From: Patescibacteria group bacterium
GTDB taxonomy: Bacteria; Patescibacteriota; Minisyncoccia; Minisyncoccales; CG1-02-41-26
Direction of reading: 5' to 3'
Assembly (NCBI GenBank): GCA_023474835.1
Contig: JAMCXQ010000005.1
Span: 1 to 56,672 of the forward strand
Length of the DNA stretch: 56,672 bases
Shown: positions 24,930 to 35,331 of the stretch, piece by piece
Position numbering within the stretch: the stretch's first letter is position 1
Layout: each line of letters starts with the position of its first letter
Made by a program: the position numbers and the translations under genes
Notes under the pieces: generated by a model
Seen by the model: the letters and a program-made list of their open reading frames with translations, nothing else
What the model was told of the DNA's origin: nothing
The model's database searches: none

Positions 24930-26099
24930 ATGAAAACGATTTTAAAAACCAATATTACCGTTAGAGAAATTTGCGACGGGTTTGTTTATAACGAGCTTGA
25001 GGGCAAAGGCTTGTTTGGCTTGTCTGGCAAATTGACTATTCAGCCGGAATATCAACGCAACTATATCTATGCTTCCGATGGGGGCAAAAAAGAAATTGCT
25101 GTTATTGGCTCAATTCTTAAGGGCTATCCAATTGGCTTAATTTATTTTAATAAGGTTTCTGAAAATAACCTGGAAGTTTTAGACGGGCAACAACGGATTA
25201 CCAGCTTAGGGCGGTTTATAACCGATAAATTTGCCATTAAAGATGCAAACAATATGGAGCAATATTTTAATGGTATGGCGAAAGACAAACAAGCCAAAAT
25301 TTTGGAAACCAAACTTTTGATTTACGAATGCGAAGGCACGGAAAGCGAGATAAAAGAATGGTTTAAAACGATTAATATTGCCGGCGTGCCGCTTAATAAT
25401 CAGGAATTGCTTAATGCTGTTTATTCTGGGCCGTTTGTAACGCTCGGCAAAGAAGAGTTTAGCAACAGCCAAAACGCCAATATCCAGAAATGGAGCGCCT
25501 ATATATCGGGCAGCGCTAACCGGCAGGACTTTTTGGAACGCGCTTTGGATTGGGTAAGCAAAGGAAATATCGGGGACTATATGAGCCACCATCGTTTTGA
25601 TAAAAATATCACTGAGCTCAAAAAATATTTCAACAGCGTGATTGATTGGGTTTCTGCTATATTTATTGATGTGGAAAGCGAGATGCGCGGGCTGGAATGG
25701 GGCAGATTATACGAACAGTATCATAAGAAAGCGTATGACCCCGTCAAAGTCTCAGCCGAAGTGCAAAAGCTTTACGCTGATCCGTATGTAAAAAATCGCA
25801 GGGGGATTTTTGAGTATATTCTCGGCGGTTCCGTTGACACGAAATTGCTTGATGTTAGAGTTTTTGACGAAGCAACCAAGAAAGCTGTTTATACAACGCA
25901 AACTGCTGCGGCCGGAAAGAAAGAAAAGTCAAACTGCCCGCATTGCGCCATTGGGCACGACGCCAACAAGAGCAAAATTTGGAGTTTTGGTGAAATGGAC
26001 GCCGATCACGTAGCGGCCTGGAGCAAGGGAGGCGCAACTACAGCTAAGAATTGTCAGATGCTTTGCAAGACACATAATCGAGCGAAAGGTAATCGATAA
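24930..26099 (+). CDS. DUF262 (ParB-like/GmrS) plus HNH endonuclease
   Basis: [40 protein letters not shown]. Confidence 0.9.
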   Translation: MKTILKTNITVREICDGFVYNELEGKGLFGLSGKLTIQPEYQRNYIYASDGGKKEIAVIGSILKGYPIGLIYFNKVSENNLEVLDGQQRITSLGRFITDKFAIKDANNMEQYFNGMAKDKQAKILETKLLIYECEGTESEIKEWFKTINIAGVPLNNQELLNAVYSGPFVTLGKEEFSNSQNANIQKWSAYISGSANRQDFLERALDWVSKGNIGDYMSHHRFDKNITELKKYFNSVIDWVSAIFIDVESEMRGLEWGRLYEQYHKKAYDPVKVSAEVQKLYADPYVKNRRGIFEYILGGSVDTKLLDVRVFDEATKKAVYTTQTAAAGKKEKSNCPHCAIGHDANKSKIWSFGEMDADHVAAWSKGGATTAKNCQMLCKTHNRAKGNR

Positions 26100-26379
26100 T
26101 TTTATCTATGCAGGGTTACCTAATATGCCCGGATCGATTATTGAGCCCGAGCTTCCAAAAAAGACGAAAAAAGATTAGAATCGATATAATCTCGAGTTAA
26201 TTGTTAGGGGTTCGGGGTATAAATATACCCGCATTGTTGCTGAAGTATATTTCTAGCATTTACCAACTCTCGCAGCAGAGTTTGCAAGAGTTGACAGAGA
26301 ATAGAAGGGAAAACTGACAAAAGTTTACAAGTTATCTTTGTGGGTCAACTAATAATTAATTTTAATAAATTTAATCAAT

Positions 26380-26742
26380 ATGGTATCTCCTCAACTTTGG
26401 TTAGAAATATTATCTCTTACAAAAGCTCTTTTTGATGCTATTAAGTCGGGCGCAGATCTTCTTGCGAGCTATCAGAAGCATAAACAAGAAAAAGAAACAG
26501 TTCAGGAGTCTCAGAGGGTAAGCGAAGTATTTTCTACCTACTCAGAAAATGAAGTAAAAAAGATTCTTTTACGATTAGAACAATGTCGGGATCGATTTAT
26601 TAAACAAGGTGGTGGTACGGATAGAGCGTCCTGTTTATGTAGTATATTGAATGAGGTTAAGATTGGTAATGGAGGTCAGCTTCCTATTATAGATGATTGG
26701 GCTAATATTTATCGTCAACTAGGGTGTGGTACTCATCAGTAA
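26380..26742 (+). CDS. Hypothetical protein (low GC)
   Basis: 120-aa ORF with several Cys. Confidence 0.7.
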   Translation: MVSPQLWLEILSLTKALFDAIKSGADLLASYQKHKQEKETVQESQRVSEVFSTYSENEVKKILLRLEQCRDRFIKQGGGTDRASCLCSILNEVKIGNGGQLPIIDDWANIYRQLGCGTHQ

Positions 26743-26810
26743 TATTGATTCTAATCGAGACTAATGTTGCTAGAGGAGTTAAAAATAAACATAAATTTTT
26801 TTATAGAAAC

Positions 26811-27458
26811 ATGCAAAGTTTATTAGATACAAATCTAGAAAGAATTAAATCAGAAATACAACAAAATTCTTGGAATAATAAAGATATAGTTTCTTTAATG
26901 AATTTTTTTAGGCATATTTTAGAGTCAAGCAAATCTCAAGGAAAATATAAATATATTAATCTCTATTCTAATTGGGTATTTCACACGGAGATAACTAAAA
27001 ATTCAGTAGCAATGGATATTCTGGATATTTTGACTGATTCAATGATCAAACATAACGTTAATCCTAAAGATGGAAAGTGGGTTAACGATGCGATTATTGA
27101 AGGACTTTCACTTCATCTATTAAGAGAAGAAATTTTGTCATTCTCAAAAGAATTTAATCTTGGTACAGATGTTAACATTTACGAATTTAATAATTGGAAA
27201 AATTTTGCAGTGTCCTTAATAAAGGAATTATTAAATAAACCCTTGAAAGTCATTCAAAATAAGACGATATATAATAACCTTATCGATAAAGCAAATAAAT
27301 CAGGGTATATCGGCAATGCAGTATTAGCAATATATTTTTGGGTAGATAATAATGGGATTGTCCATTGGAAAATCGATACACCAGAAAGTTTAAGAAAGGG
27401 CGTTTCAGTAATTGGCCCGATGAGTATAATTTCTCAGCAGATGATCGATGGTTGTTAA
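26811..27458 (+). CDS. Hypothetical protein (low GC)
   Basis: Start placed at MQSLLD; contains YSNWVFH. Confidence 0.7.
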   Translation: MQSLLDTNLERIKSEIQQNSWNNKDIVSLMNFFRHILESSKSQGKYKYINLYSNWVFHTEITKNSVAMDILDILTDSMIKHNVNPKDGKWVNDAIIEGLSLHLLREEILSFSKEFNLGTDVNIYEFNNWKNFAVSLIKELLNKPLKVIQNKTIYNNLIDKANKSGYIGNAVLAIYFWVDNNGIVHWKIDTPESLRKGVSVIGPMSIISQQMIDGC

Positions 27459-27557
27459 GCGGAAATTGAAGAGTTTGCCATTAAAATTCTTCTAACATTT
27501 ACCAACTCTCGTAACAATCGTGGACTTTTTGAGTTCGGGAATGCAAATATAGCTATA

Positions 27558-29240
27558 ATGAAAATAAATAATACTTTTAAGCTTGTTATCGCTGTCGTCG
27601 TTTCCGAACTTGCCGGCATTATCGGCTCGGTGTTTACGGCGCCATCTATTACCGGCTGGTATACAGAATTGGTTAAACCGGCCCTGAATCCTCCGGCGTG
27701 GGTGTTTGGTCCAGTCTGGACGACGCTGTTTGCTCTGATGGGCATTGCGGCGTTTCTGGTATGGAAGAAAGGGCTAAATCGTAAAGATATTAAAATCGCC
27801 CTTGGCATATTTATCGGTCAGTTGGTTTTGAATACTCTTTGGTCAATTATATTTTTCGGCTTGCACAATCCTGGCTTGGCATTTGTTGAGATTATTTTCC
27901 TTTGGTTTGCCATTCTTGCCACTGTTATCGCTTTCGCCAGAATTTCCCAATGGGCCGTATGGCTTTTGGCGCCCTATATTCTCTGGGTAAGTTTTGCCGG
28001 CTATCTCAATTATTCCATTTGGCAGGTTAATGCCGGCCCTTTGGCAAATACTGAACAAGTTGCGGTCAAAACTGTTGTTGAAAGTTTCGGCCATTCGCTA
28101 AAGAACGTTTCTTTGCTTTCTCCTACGGCCAGTCAGGACATTGAAATAAATTATAAGGACTTTCTCGACCCTGCTTTGCTGGCTCAATGGAAGGCCGACC
28201 CTTCAAAAGCATTGGGCAGACTGACTTCCAGCCCCTGGCCAGAGAGCATTGAGGTTGAAAGCATCAATAAATTCGGTTCTGGCGCTTATGATGTGAGCGG
28301 AAAAATCATAGATATGACCAGCACTGGCATAGCGGGATCGCAGGCAGTCCAAATAGGCGTTGTTAAATTCGGCGGCCGCTGGCTCATAACCGGAGTTTCG
28401 GTAATTTCTCCGGAAGGAAACGAGCTTTGGAAAGAACATAGCAGCAACGGCGTTTCTTTCCAGTATCCGGAAAAATTAACCGCTAAATATGTTTTTAGCC
28501 AGGGATGGCCGCCGACAGTTAAGGTGGAATCGGGCAGTTTTTCTTGCATAGAAACGCCGCAGGAAAAAAGCAGCATGCTTGAAATAACCAGCCAGAGATT
28601 GGTTGATAACAGAATTTACTGCGTTAACGTTAAAAACGAGGGGGCGGCAGGGAGCGTTTATTCTTCTTACGTTTACACTACTTCCATGAGAGGAAAAATG
28701 GTTTCAGTAAGCTTTGTTTTGCGTTATTCAAATTGCGCCAATTACGACGAGGAGCAGAATCAGGCCTGCACGAGCGAGCGGGAGGCCTTTGACCTTGACG
28801 CAACAGTGGACCGTATGGTTCAGACCGTCAGCTGGGATTCAGCTTTCAGTGAAGACACCTTATCCAATCAAATATCCAAGTGTCTGGTATTGAGCTATTC
28901 GGGAGACAAAGAAAAATGCGATGAACTTTTAAAACAGATTACCGATTTTGATTCCTGCGTTATGGCCGGTTTTTCGATATTAAAATCCAATCCAGCTCAA
29001 TGCCAAACAATTGACGGAAGAACCTTTGTCCAGGAAACAAACAGCACTTGGGAGCAGGCGTTATTGACTGTCAATAACTGCGAGGCTGAAAAAGCTTTCC
29101 AGACTCATAGCAGATTAGTAACCCTTACACTGAAAAACGGCAACAAGCTAATTGCCAAAGAACCGCAGATTGATGATATAATTGATATAATCAGAGCCGC
29201 AGAGTCGAAGTGCGGCAAAATTCCAATAGGAACAGAGTAA
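27558..29240 (+). CDS. TspO/MBR protein fused to a large soluble Cys-containing region
   Basis: WYTELVKPALNPPAWVFGPVWT, LNTLWSIIFF, PYILWVSFAGYLN; about 400 additional residues. Confidence 0.85.
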   Translation: MKINNTFKLVIAVVVSELAGIIGSVFTAPSITGWYTELVKPALNPPAWVFGPVWTTLFALMGIAAFLVWKKGLNRKDIKIALGIFIGQLVLNTLWSIIFFGLHNPGLAFVEIIFLWFAILATVIAFARISQWAVWLLAPYILWVSFAGYLNYSIWQVNAGPLANTEQVAVKTVVESFGHSLKNVSLLSPTASQDIEINYKDFLDPALLAQWKADPSKALGRLTSSPWPESIEVESINKFGSGAYDVSGKIIDMTSTGIAGSQAVQIGVVKFGGRWLITGVSVISPEGNELWKEHSSNGVSFQYPEKLTAKYVFSQGWPPTVKVESGSFSCIETPQEKSSMLEITSQRLVDNRIYCVNVKNEGAAGSVYSSYVYTTSMRGKMVSVSFVLRYSNCANYDEEQNQACTSEREAFDLDATVDRMVQTVSWDSAFSEDTLSNQISKCLVLSYSGDKEKCDELLKQITDFDSCVMAGFSILKSNPAQCQTIDGRTFVQETNSTWEQALLTVNNCEAEKAFQTHSRLVTLTLKNGNKLIAKEPQIDDIIDIIRAAESKCGKIPIGTE

Positions 29241-29245
29241 TAAAT

Positions 29246-29509
29246 ATGAATTTCAAATGTGATTTACAAAAAATTCCCGGAGTTGGCAAAAGTATTTCCC
29301 AAGACTTACAGAATATAGGCATTCAATCCATTGCGGATTTAAAAGGTAAAAATCCAGAGAAACTATATGAAAAATCCAATCAATTTGAAGGGATTACGCA
29401 GGACAGATGTTTGCTGTATATATTTCGTTGCGCGGTTTATTTCGCTGGACACAAAAATCCAAATCCAGAAAAATTGAAGTGGTGGAATTGGAAAGATAGG
29501 CGGAAATGA
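29246..29509 (+). CDS. Helix-hairpin-helix protein (Cdd1/TfoX-C-like)
   Basis: LQKIPGVGKSI, DRCLLYIFRCAVYFA, KWWNW. Confidence 0.85.
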   Translation: MNFKCDLQKIPGVGKSISQDLQNIGIQSIADLKGKNPEKLYEKSNQFEGITQDRCLLYIFRCAVYFAGHKNPNPEKLKWWNWKDRRK

Positions 29510-29622
29510 TTCAGCGGGGAATAAACTTCAAGGTTTTGATGGTTGTTGCGGCCGGAGAAGGCGAGGATATCTGGACGATATCGTTCAATGATATCGCCGG
29601 CAGTTTTAGCTTAAAAAAGTAA
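29506..29622 (+). pseudogene. 3' remnant paralogous to the gene at 35332-35955
   Basis: GINFKVLMVVAAGEGEDIWTISFNDIAGSFSLKK* versus GVNFKILMVVIAGQGEDVWVLSFN...NIAGSFSLKK*. Confidence 0.8.
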
Positions 29623-29682
29623 CTTTGCGCAGGATTTTTGCCTTTCTTGCTTTCTATTTTTTCAGTTTTATTTTTACCTATT

Positions 29683-29711
29683 TTGACAACGAAAATTTAA
29701 AGAGCTAAAAT
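29683..29711 (+). promoter_or_regulatory. Sigma70-type promoter
   Basis: TTGACA-17 nt-TAAAAT upstream of 29736. Confidence 0.6.
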
Positions 29712-29735
29712 AATGATAATCATAAAAATAAATAT

Positions 29736-32700
29736 ATGGATACAAAAAGAATTATCGCATATTCGTTAGCAGGAATTTGCGCAATAATCGCCGGGGTTAT
29801 TCTATGGAATAATCGGGCGGTGGTGGTCAAACAAATTGCCCAGCTGCCTTCAAAAATATTTGAAGCGTCCATTGTGCCAGCCACAAGCTCTATCGTATTG
29901 GACGCTTCAAAGGACGGTCCCATTTATGGCGATCCGGTTGGCTTGCAAAGGGTTCGTGATTTGGAAACCGAACTTCACAACATGGTTATCAGGCCGGACC
30001 ACCCAAGGTTGTTCATTACCAAAGAGACATTGCCAACTTACCAGGCGAGGGTTAAAATGCCCCAGCTCGCCGCTTACTGGGCGAACATAAAAAAGGCGGC
30101 TACGAGCACAAACACAAACGTTCCTTTTGTTTATGACAATATGGTGAACGCCGCCTTTGCTTATTTGATGCTGAAAGACGACAATCCGGCCGCCGCAGCC
30201 GTTTACTCCAACATAGTAATCAATAGATTAAAAACATTAAATCCGACTCCCTGGCCGTTAGACAATACCAACCTGAAAAGAAACGAGGTTGCCAATATGG
30301 CGCTTGCTTTTGACTGGGTTTATTCCGCTATGACTCCGGCGGACAGGGCGACGATTGCCAATAAAATAGGGGTGGCCGCAAATATTGCCGTCACCGCCCA
30401 GGGCATACGCAATGGCGAAAGGATTCAGGGCGAATCGTTCCATCGCGAAGAATGGATGGATAAATACACGTTGGCGTATCCAACCTTGGCTTTGGCCGGA
30501 GAATTTCCCGATGCCGACTTTTGCTTTAAGGCCTGGTGGGGATATGATTGGATTGTCGGGGACGCGGTGAGAACGTTTGCTTATCTGGGCGATGGCTCTT
30601 TCCCGAACGACGGCTATTATGAAGGGCCCGACGGCGCTGAATGGCTGTTGCTGCTGAAATCCGCAACAGGAATCAATTTGGTTGACGGCCCGAAGTGGTC
30701 CTGGGCGAAAAAAACGGCTGATCAGTTTTTTTATCACACCGATTTTTGGGACAGAAAACGGGAAATTTTTCACCATGGCGTTTTGGGCGAATGCGCGGTC
30801 GGTTTAATGACTTTGTTTAATTACAGCTCATCTTTTGATCCTTCGAAATTGCAGAAAGAACAAGGCAGAGGAATGGCTTTGAATATGAACAGCAACCCTT
30901 ATTATCGCTGGCACCTCGGCAATCTTTTGGAAAACAAATTTGATTTCGGCGTGGGCTTAAACGCCAATATCAGCCAGATTATGTTTAACGATCCAGCAGT
31001 GTCGCCAAAAGATCCCCAAGGCGCCACTTATGCCGAATTGCCGATGAGTTTGTATATGCCTGACGGCAACGAGGTGTATATGCACAGCGCCTGGCTGCCC
31101 AAGAGCGTGATTGCCGGCTTCAGGGCAAGCCCGGCTTTTACCAAATCAAGCCATGGCGACTACGATACCAATAGTTTTATGATTTATCGGGACGGCAACC
31201 TTTCCGCTGACACGGGATTTTACGATGCATATCTGGGCGGGCAGGCAAACACCAAACATTATCAAAAAATAACATTGTCCCATAACGATATTTTGGTAAT
31301 AGACCCCACAAGACCCCAGGATTTCAGCCAGTGGGCAGGCATGGAAGACCGTGGCGGGGTTGAGCACGTGAGCACGAAGAATTTCAGCGCCAGTCCGGCT
31401 ACCGACGGGTTGCGCACGGTTTTCGCCCTGCAGCCCCAGGCGAATTACAGCGACATTGTCAAATATGAAAGCACTCCCGAATACGATTACGCGGTAGGCG
31501 AAGCAGCGGCAGCTTATGGTTTGGGGTCAAAAGCGCGGTTAAACGAATATTACCGCAACGTTGCCTTTTTAAGAAAGGGCACCAAGGCCTATATGATTGT
31601 TTTTGACAGGATAGAGTCGGTTAACAAAGACGCTGAAAAAAAATGGCTGATGCACTTTGTAAGCGAACCAACCGTGAGCGGAAATAAAATATCCGAACAG
31701 GTTTCAGGCCAGGTTGACGCATATGACGGAGATTACACGGTGGCCCGCAATGTTTATAATACCTCGGCGGTTTATGTAAAGACTCTCTTGCCCGTCCAGC
31801 ATAAAATCCGAAGAGTCGGCGGCACGGGTTTTGAATTTGCCGTGGAAAACGCTAACGGCACTTTTACAAACTGGCCTGTTCCTCAAACCCAGTTAGCGAA
31901 ATATGAAGCCCGCCAAGGCGGCCCCTGGCAGGAAGGCGGCACCTGGCGAATAGAACTGTCTCCGACTACCAGACAAAACCGCGATTATTTTTTGAATGTA
32001 ATGTATGTCGGCGACGCCGGAGAAACTATGGTGCCAGTGCAATACATTGAAGAAAACGGTATGGCTGGCGTGATTATTAATGATCCGGCCTTGCCCAAGA
32101 ACAAAATTTTGTTCACTAAAACCGGCGATCCGAATGCGGTTTTCACCAACTCTTCCGTTTCCGCTGATACGATTCTTCCTGCGCCGATCAGCCAGTTATC
32201 TTATAGCGGCTTGACCTACAATTCGGTTAACCTTTCCTGGACGGCGGTCGGCGATGACGGCAATACGGGAACAGCAACAAGATATGATTTGCGTTATTCG
32301 AAAAGCGCGATTACGTCAAGTAATTTTGATTCGGCCCTAAACGTTAATTCCGCTCCTACCCCAAAGCCGGCCGGCCAGACAGAGATAATGCTTTTAACCG
32401 GTTTGGAGCCGCTGACTACTTATTATGTGGCCGTAAGGGCGATTGATGATTACAACAATAAAGGAGGGATATCCAACGTGGTTTCTTTTGCCACTCCTGC
32501 CGTTCCCAGCGACACGCAACCTCCCGCCAAGCCCCTGGGATTAAAGGCCACCGCTCAATTAAGCACAGCTATTTTGCTTTCCTGGGCTGCTTCAACCGAC
32601 AATACGTCGGTGGCTGGTTATAATGTTTACCGTGACAACGTTAAAATAGCCAGCGTTGGCAACCCTTACTTTACCGACAGCGGGCTTGCCGCTTCAACGG

Positions 32701-34289
32701 ATTATGTTTACCAGGTTTCGGCATACGATGGCGCCAATAACGAGTCTGCCAAATCCGATCCGGTAACCGGCACAACAAAAAGCATAACAGACCAGCCCGG
32801 CGGTTCGCTGTTGTCTGACAATTTTGACGATAATGATATGGAAGGCTGGACTGTCGTTGATGAGGGCATCATCGTCAAGCCCTCCAAATGGTACGCCGGA
32901 AACGGCAAATTGCATCAGGACTCGGATATTTACGGCCCGGCCTATTCCGCCGCAGACCATCGCAAAGGCACTTTTGCTTACTGGAACAATCCGGCCGCTT
33001 TTGCCTGGAAAGATTACTCAATGGAGTATACTTTTAACACCACGGACATCGATGGCGTAGGGTTCATGTTTTATTACCAGGACAAAAGCAACTACTACAA
33101 AATAGACATTGACTATCAAAAGAAGTTTAGCAAACTTTTCTTGATGAAAAACGGAGTGGAAACCACCTTGGCAACTTCAAGCAAATACTATACCCGCTTT
33201 GTCGATCAAAACCTTAAAGTTTCCATAAACCAGGGGGCCATTACAGCCTCTCTGAACGGAGACGATATCTTTTCAACTGTTATCACGAATAACAGTTTAG
33301 CCCAGGGCACAGCGGCCATTTATTGCTGGGGCAGCGGGCCGATAACGTTTGACGATGTCAAAATCGTTCCGCAGGGAAGCGCGGTTGAAGCAGATACAAT
33401 TCCGCCCAGCAGGCCCACCGGGCTTTCTGCAGCGGTTTCATCAACGTCCACCATATCTTTGATTTGGACGCCTTCCACTGATAATATCGGGGTAGCGGGT
33501 TATAATATTTACCGCGATAATGTCAAAAAAGCCGAAAGCAGCAGCCCTTCATACACGGATATCGGTTTAACCGCCAGCACAACCTATGCTTACCAGGTTT
33601 CAGCATACGACGGGGCCAATAACGAATCAGTGAAATCCGATTTTGCCCAAGGGACTACCCTTGGTATCGTAAACAACGCCTTGAATATAGAGTTCAAGTT
33701 TGATGAAAATGCCGGGCTGGCAACCGCTGATACTGTTGGCGGCAATAATGGAATTTTAACCAACGGCCCTGTCTGGCAGACCGGCTTTTCCTGCCAGTCC
33801 GGTTCCTGCCTGCGGTTCGATGGCATAAACGATTATGTAAAAGTCAATGATAATGATAGTTTAAGCTTTTCCAATTTGACGGTTTCGGCCTGGGTAAAAT
33901 TCAATAAATTGGCGCTGTCAGGAATAGTCAGCAAGAGAAATTATTTGGGTTCGCAAGACGAATATAATCTTTTTTATAACGCGTCTAACAGGCATTTCAT
34001 TTTCAGGGTTGCGGGCAAGTCGGGGACAGGGCAATATGCTTACTATTCCATCAATCCAAGTTTGGATACCTGGTATCACATCGTGGGCACTTTTGACGGC
34101 GTCAATACTAAAATTTATGTTAACGGGGTTAAGGGGGTTGACGGAACGCCGAAAGCATCTTTAAACAACGGCACAGCCACCCTGAAGATAGGCTCCGTAG
34201 ATTCTGCTTACTTTTTCAACGGTTTGATTGACGATGTACGCATATACAATTACGCGCTTACTCCCCAGGAAATATCGCAGCTGCCATAA
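29736..34289 (+). CDS. Membrane-anchored heparinase II/III-like polysaccharide lyase with 3 FN3 domains, a beta-sandwich domain and LamG
   Basis: N-terminal TM; HPRLF toroid start; HGDYDTNSFMIYRDG..DTGFY; SHNDILV; three FN3 repeats; WYHIVGTFDG..FNGLIDDVRIYN LamG. Confidence 0.8.
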   Translation: MDTKRIIAYSLAGICAIIAGVILWNNRAVVVKQIAQLPSKIFEASIVPATSSIVLDASKDGPIYGDPVGLQRVRDLETELHNMVIRPDHPRLFITKETLPTYQARVKMPQLAAYWANIKKAATSTNTNVPFVYDNMVNAAFAYLMLKDDNPAAAAVYSNIVINRLKTLNPTPWPLDNTNLKRNEVANMALAFDWVYSAMTPADRATIANKIGVAANIAVTAQGIRNGERIQGESFHREEWMDKYTLAYPTLALAGEFPDADFCFKAWWGYDWIVGDAVRTFAYLGDGSFPNDGYYEGPDGAEWLLLLKSATGINLVDGPKWSWAKKTADQFFYHTDFWDRKREIFHHGVLGECAVGLMTLFNYSSSFDPSKLQKEQGRGMALNMNSNPYYRWHLGNLLENKFDFGVGLNANISQIMFNDPAVSPKDPQGATYAELPMSLYMPDGNEVYMHSAWLPKSVIAGFRASPAFTKSSHGDYDTNSFMIYRDGNLSADTGFYDAYLGGQANTKHYQKITLSHNDILVIDPTRPQDFSQWAGMEDRGGVEHVSTKNFSASPATDGLRTVFALQPQANYSDIVKYESTPEYDYAVGEAAAAYGLGSKARLNEYYRNVAFLRKGTKAYMIVFDRIESVNKDAEKKWLMHFVSEPTVSGNKISEQVSGQVDAYDGDYTVARNVYNTSAVYVKTLLPVQHKIRRVGGTGFEFAVENANGTFTNWPVPQTQLAKYEARQGGPWQEGGTWRIELSPTTRQNRDYFLNVMYVGDAGETMVPVQYIEENGMAGVIINDPALPKNKILFTKTGDPNAVFTNSSVSADTILPAPISQLSYSGLTYNSVNLSWTAVGDDGNTGTATRYDLRYSKSAITSSNFDSALNVNSAPTPKPAGQTEIMLLTGLEPLTTYYVAVRAIDDYNNKGGISNVVSFATPAVPSDTQPPAKPLGLKATAQLSTAILLSWAASTDNTSVAGYNVYRDNVKIASVGNPYFTDSGLAASTDYVYQVSAYDGANNESAKSDPVTGTTKSITDQPGGSLLSDNFDDNDMEGWTVVDEGIIVKPSKWYAGNGKLHQDSDIYGPAYSAADHRKGTFAYWNNPAAFAWKDYSMEYTFNTTDIDGVGFMFYYQDKSNYYKIDIDYQKKFSKLFLMKNGVETTLATSSKYYTRFVDQNLKVSINQGAITASLNGDDIFSTVITNNSLAQGTAAIYCWGSGPITFDDVKIVPQGSAVEADTIPPSRPTGLSAAVSSTSTISLIWTPSTDNIGVAGYNIYRDNVKKAESSSPSYTDIGLTASTTYAYQVSAYDGANNESVKSDFAQGTTLGIVNNALNIEFKFDENAGLATADTVGGNNGILTNGPVWQTGFSCQSGSCLRFDGINDYVKVNDNDSLSFSNLTVSAWVKFNKLALSGIVSKRNYLGSQDEYNLFYNASNRHFIFRVAGKSGTGQYAYYSINPSLDTWYHIVGTFDGVNTKIYVNGVKGVDGTPKASLNNGTATLKIGSVDSAYFFNGLIDDVRIYNYALTPQEISQLP

Positions 34290-34373
34290 ATTATCGGGAA
34301 TGTGATTTTTGAAATCCGTAAAAAAGCGGAACATTATAAGCAAAGGTCGGAGAATAATAACAGCAAAAGCAAT

Positions 34374-34835
34374 ATGGCAAAAAAAGCAATTGTTTGGCTG
34401 GCAGTGTTTGCGGGTTTGGCTGTTGCGTCAATTGCGCTTGTCCAGACTTCAACCAGCCAGGCGGCGACATCTTCCGTTTCCGCGGCAGCTTCAAGCACTG
34501 CGGCAAAAATTGCCTGCGTGGGAGCGGCGGTTAACGCTCGCGAGCAAGCAATAGGCGCGGCAATGACAACTTATACGGTTGCTGTCAACGCGTCTTACAG
34601 CACCCGCGCAGCAGCTCTCCAGCAGGCATACGCGCAGACAACTTCGAAAGGCGTGAAAGCGGCCGTGAAAACGGCCTGGTCCGCTTTCAAAATATCAATG
34701 CAAAGCGCCCGCAAGGCCTGGCAAACAAGCCGCAACGCAAGCTGGGCAAGTTTCAGAAAAGCCGCGGCTGCCTGCAAGGCGCCTGTGGGGGTCAGCGACA
34801 GCGGAAATTCCGGCTTAGAGGCATCCGGCCAGTAA
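34374..34835 (+). CDS. Ala-rich secreted helical protein
   Basis: Signal peptide; CVGAAVNAREQA, AWSAFK; start placed at MAKKAIVW. Confidence 0.7.
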   Translation: MAKKAIVWLAVFAGLAVASIALVQTSTSQAATSSVSAAASSTAAKIACVGAAVNAREQAIGAAMTTYTVAVNASYSTRAAALQQAYAQTTSKGVKAAVKTAWSAFKISMQSARKAWQTSRNASWASFRKAAAACKAPVGVSDSGNSGLEASGQ

Positions 34836-34852
34836 AAGCCCAAAACATAATC

Positions 34853-34880
34853 AAAAAAGAGGGGATTCATCCTCTTTTTT
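34853..34880. terminator. Intrinsic terminator
   Basis: AAAAAGAGG...CCTCTTTTT. Confidence 0.6.
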
Positions 34881-34952
34881 GTTTTGGCAATTTTTGGTAT
34901 AGTGTATTAAGCTGTTTGAGACAAATGAATTGAATTTACACAATTTCAAAAT

Positions 34953-35316
34953 GTGGCTCTAAAAATCAATAAAAATAAATTTGAGATTTTTTTGGAGGTT
35001 GTGGAAGAATTGAACAGCCGTTTTAATATTGTTCCTGTTCTTTACGGTTCGCTGGGGCTTTATCGGCGAATAGGGGAATTTGGGAAATCAAACGATGTTG
35101 ATATTTTGGTTCCCAGTAGTTTGATTAACGAAAAGTGGAAAGAGCTTGTTAAACTTAAAAGTAAAATTCAGGCAGCTTTTGCCCGAGCAGTATCTTTTAG
35201 TTTATAAATTTATGCTTCGGGACAACTATCGGCAGGAAAAGCGGGGAAGCGCCGATAAGGAGAAAATTGTATTAATTGAAAAGTTTCTCTATGGCAAGGT
35301 CTGTGCAAAAAATTAA
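34953..35316 (+). pseudogene. Disrupted nucleotidyltransferase-like gene
   Basis: VLYGSLGL..NDVDILV NTase motif, then a premature end; a plausible C-terminus (YKFMLRDNYRQEKRG..DKEKI) is in another frame. Confidence 0.55.
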
Positions 35317-35331
35317 ACAATCGTAAAAGAT

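Larger units (their letters stand above)
26251..27516. repeat. 27-bp imperfect direct repeats flanking a low-GC gene pair
   Basis: TTCTAGCATTTACCAACTCTCGCAGCA (26251-26277) versus TTCTAACATTTACCAACTCTCGTAACA (27490-27516). Confidence 0.75.
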
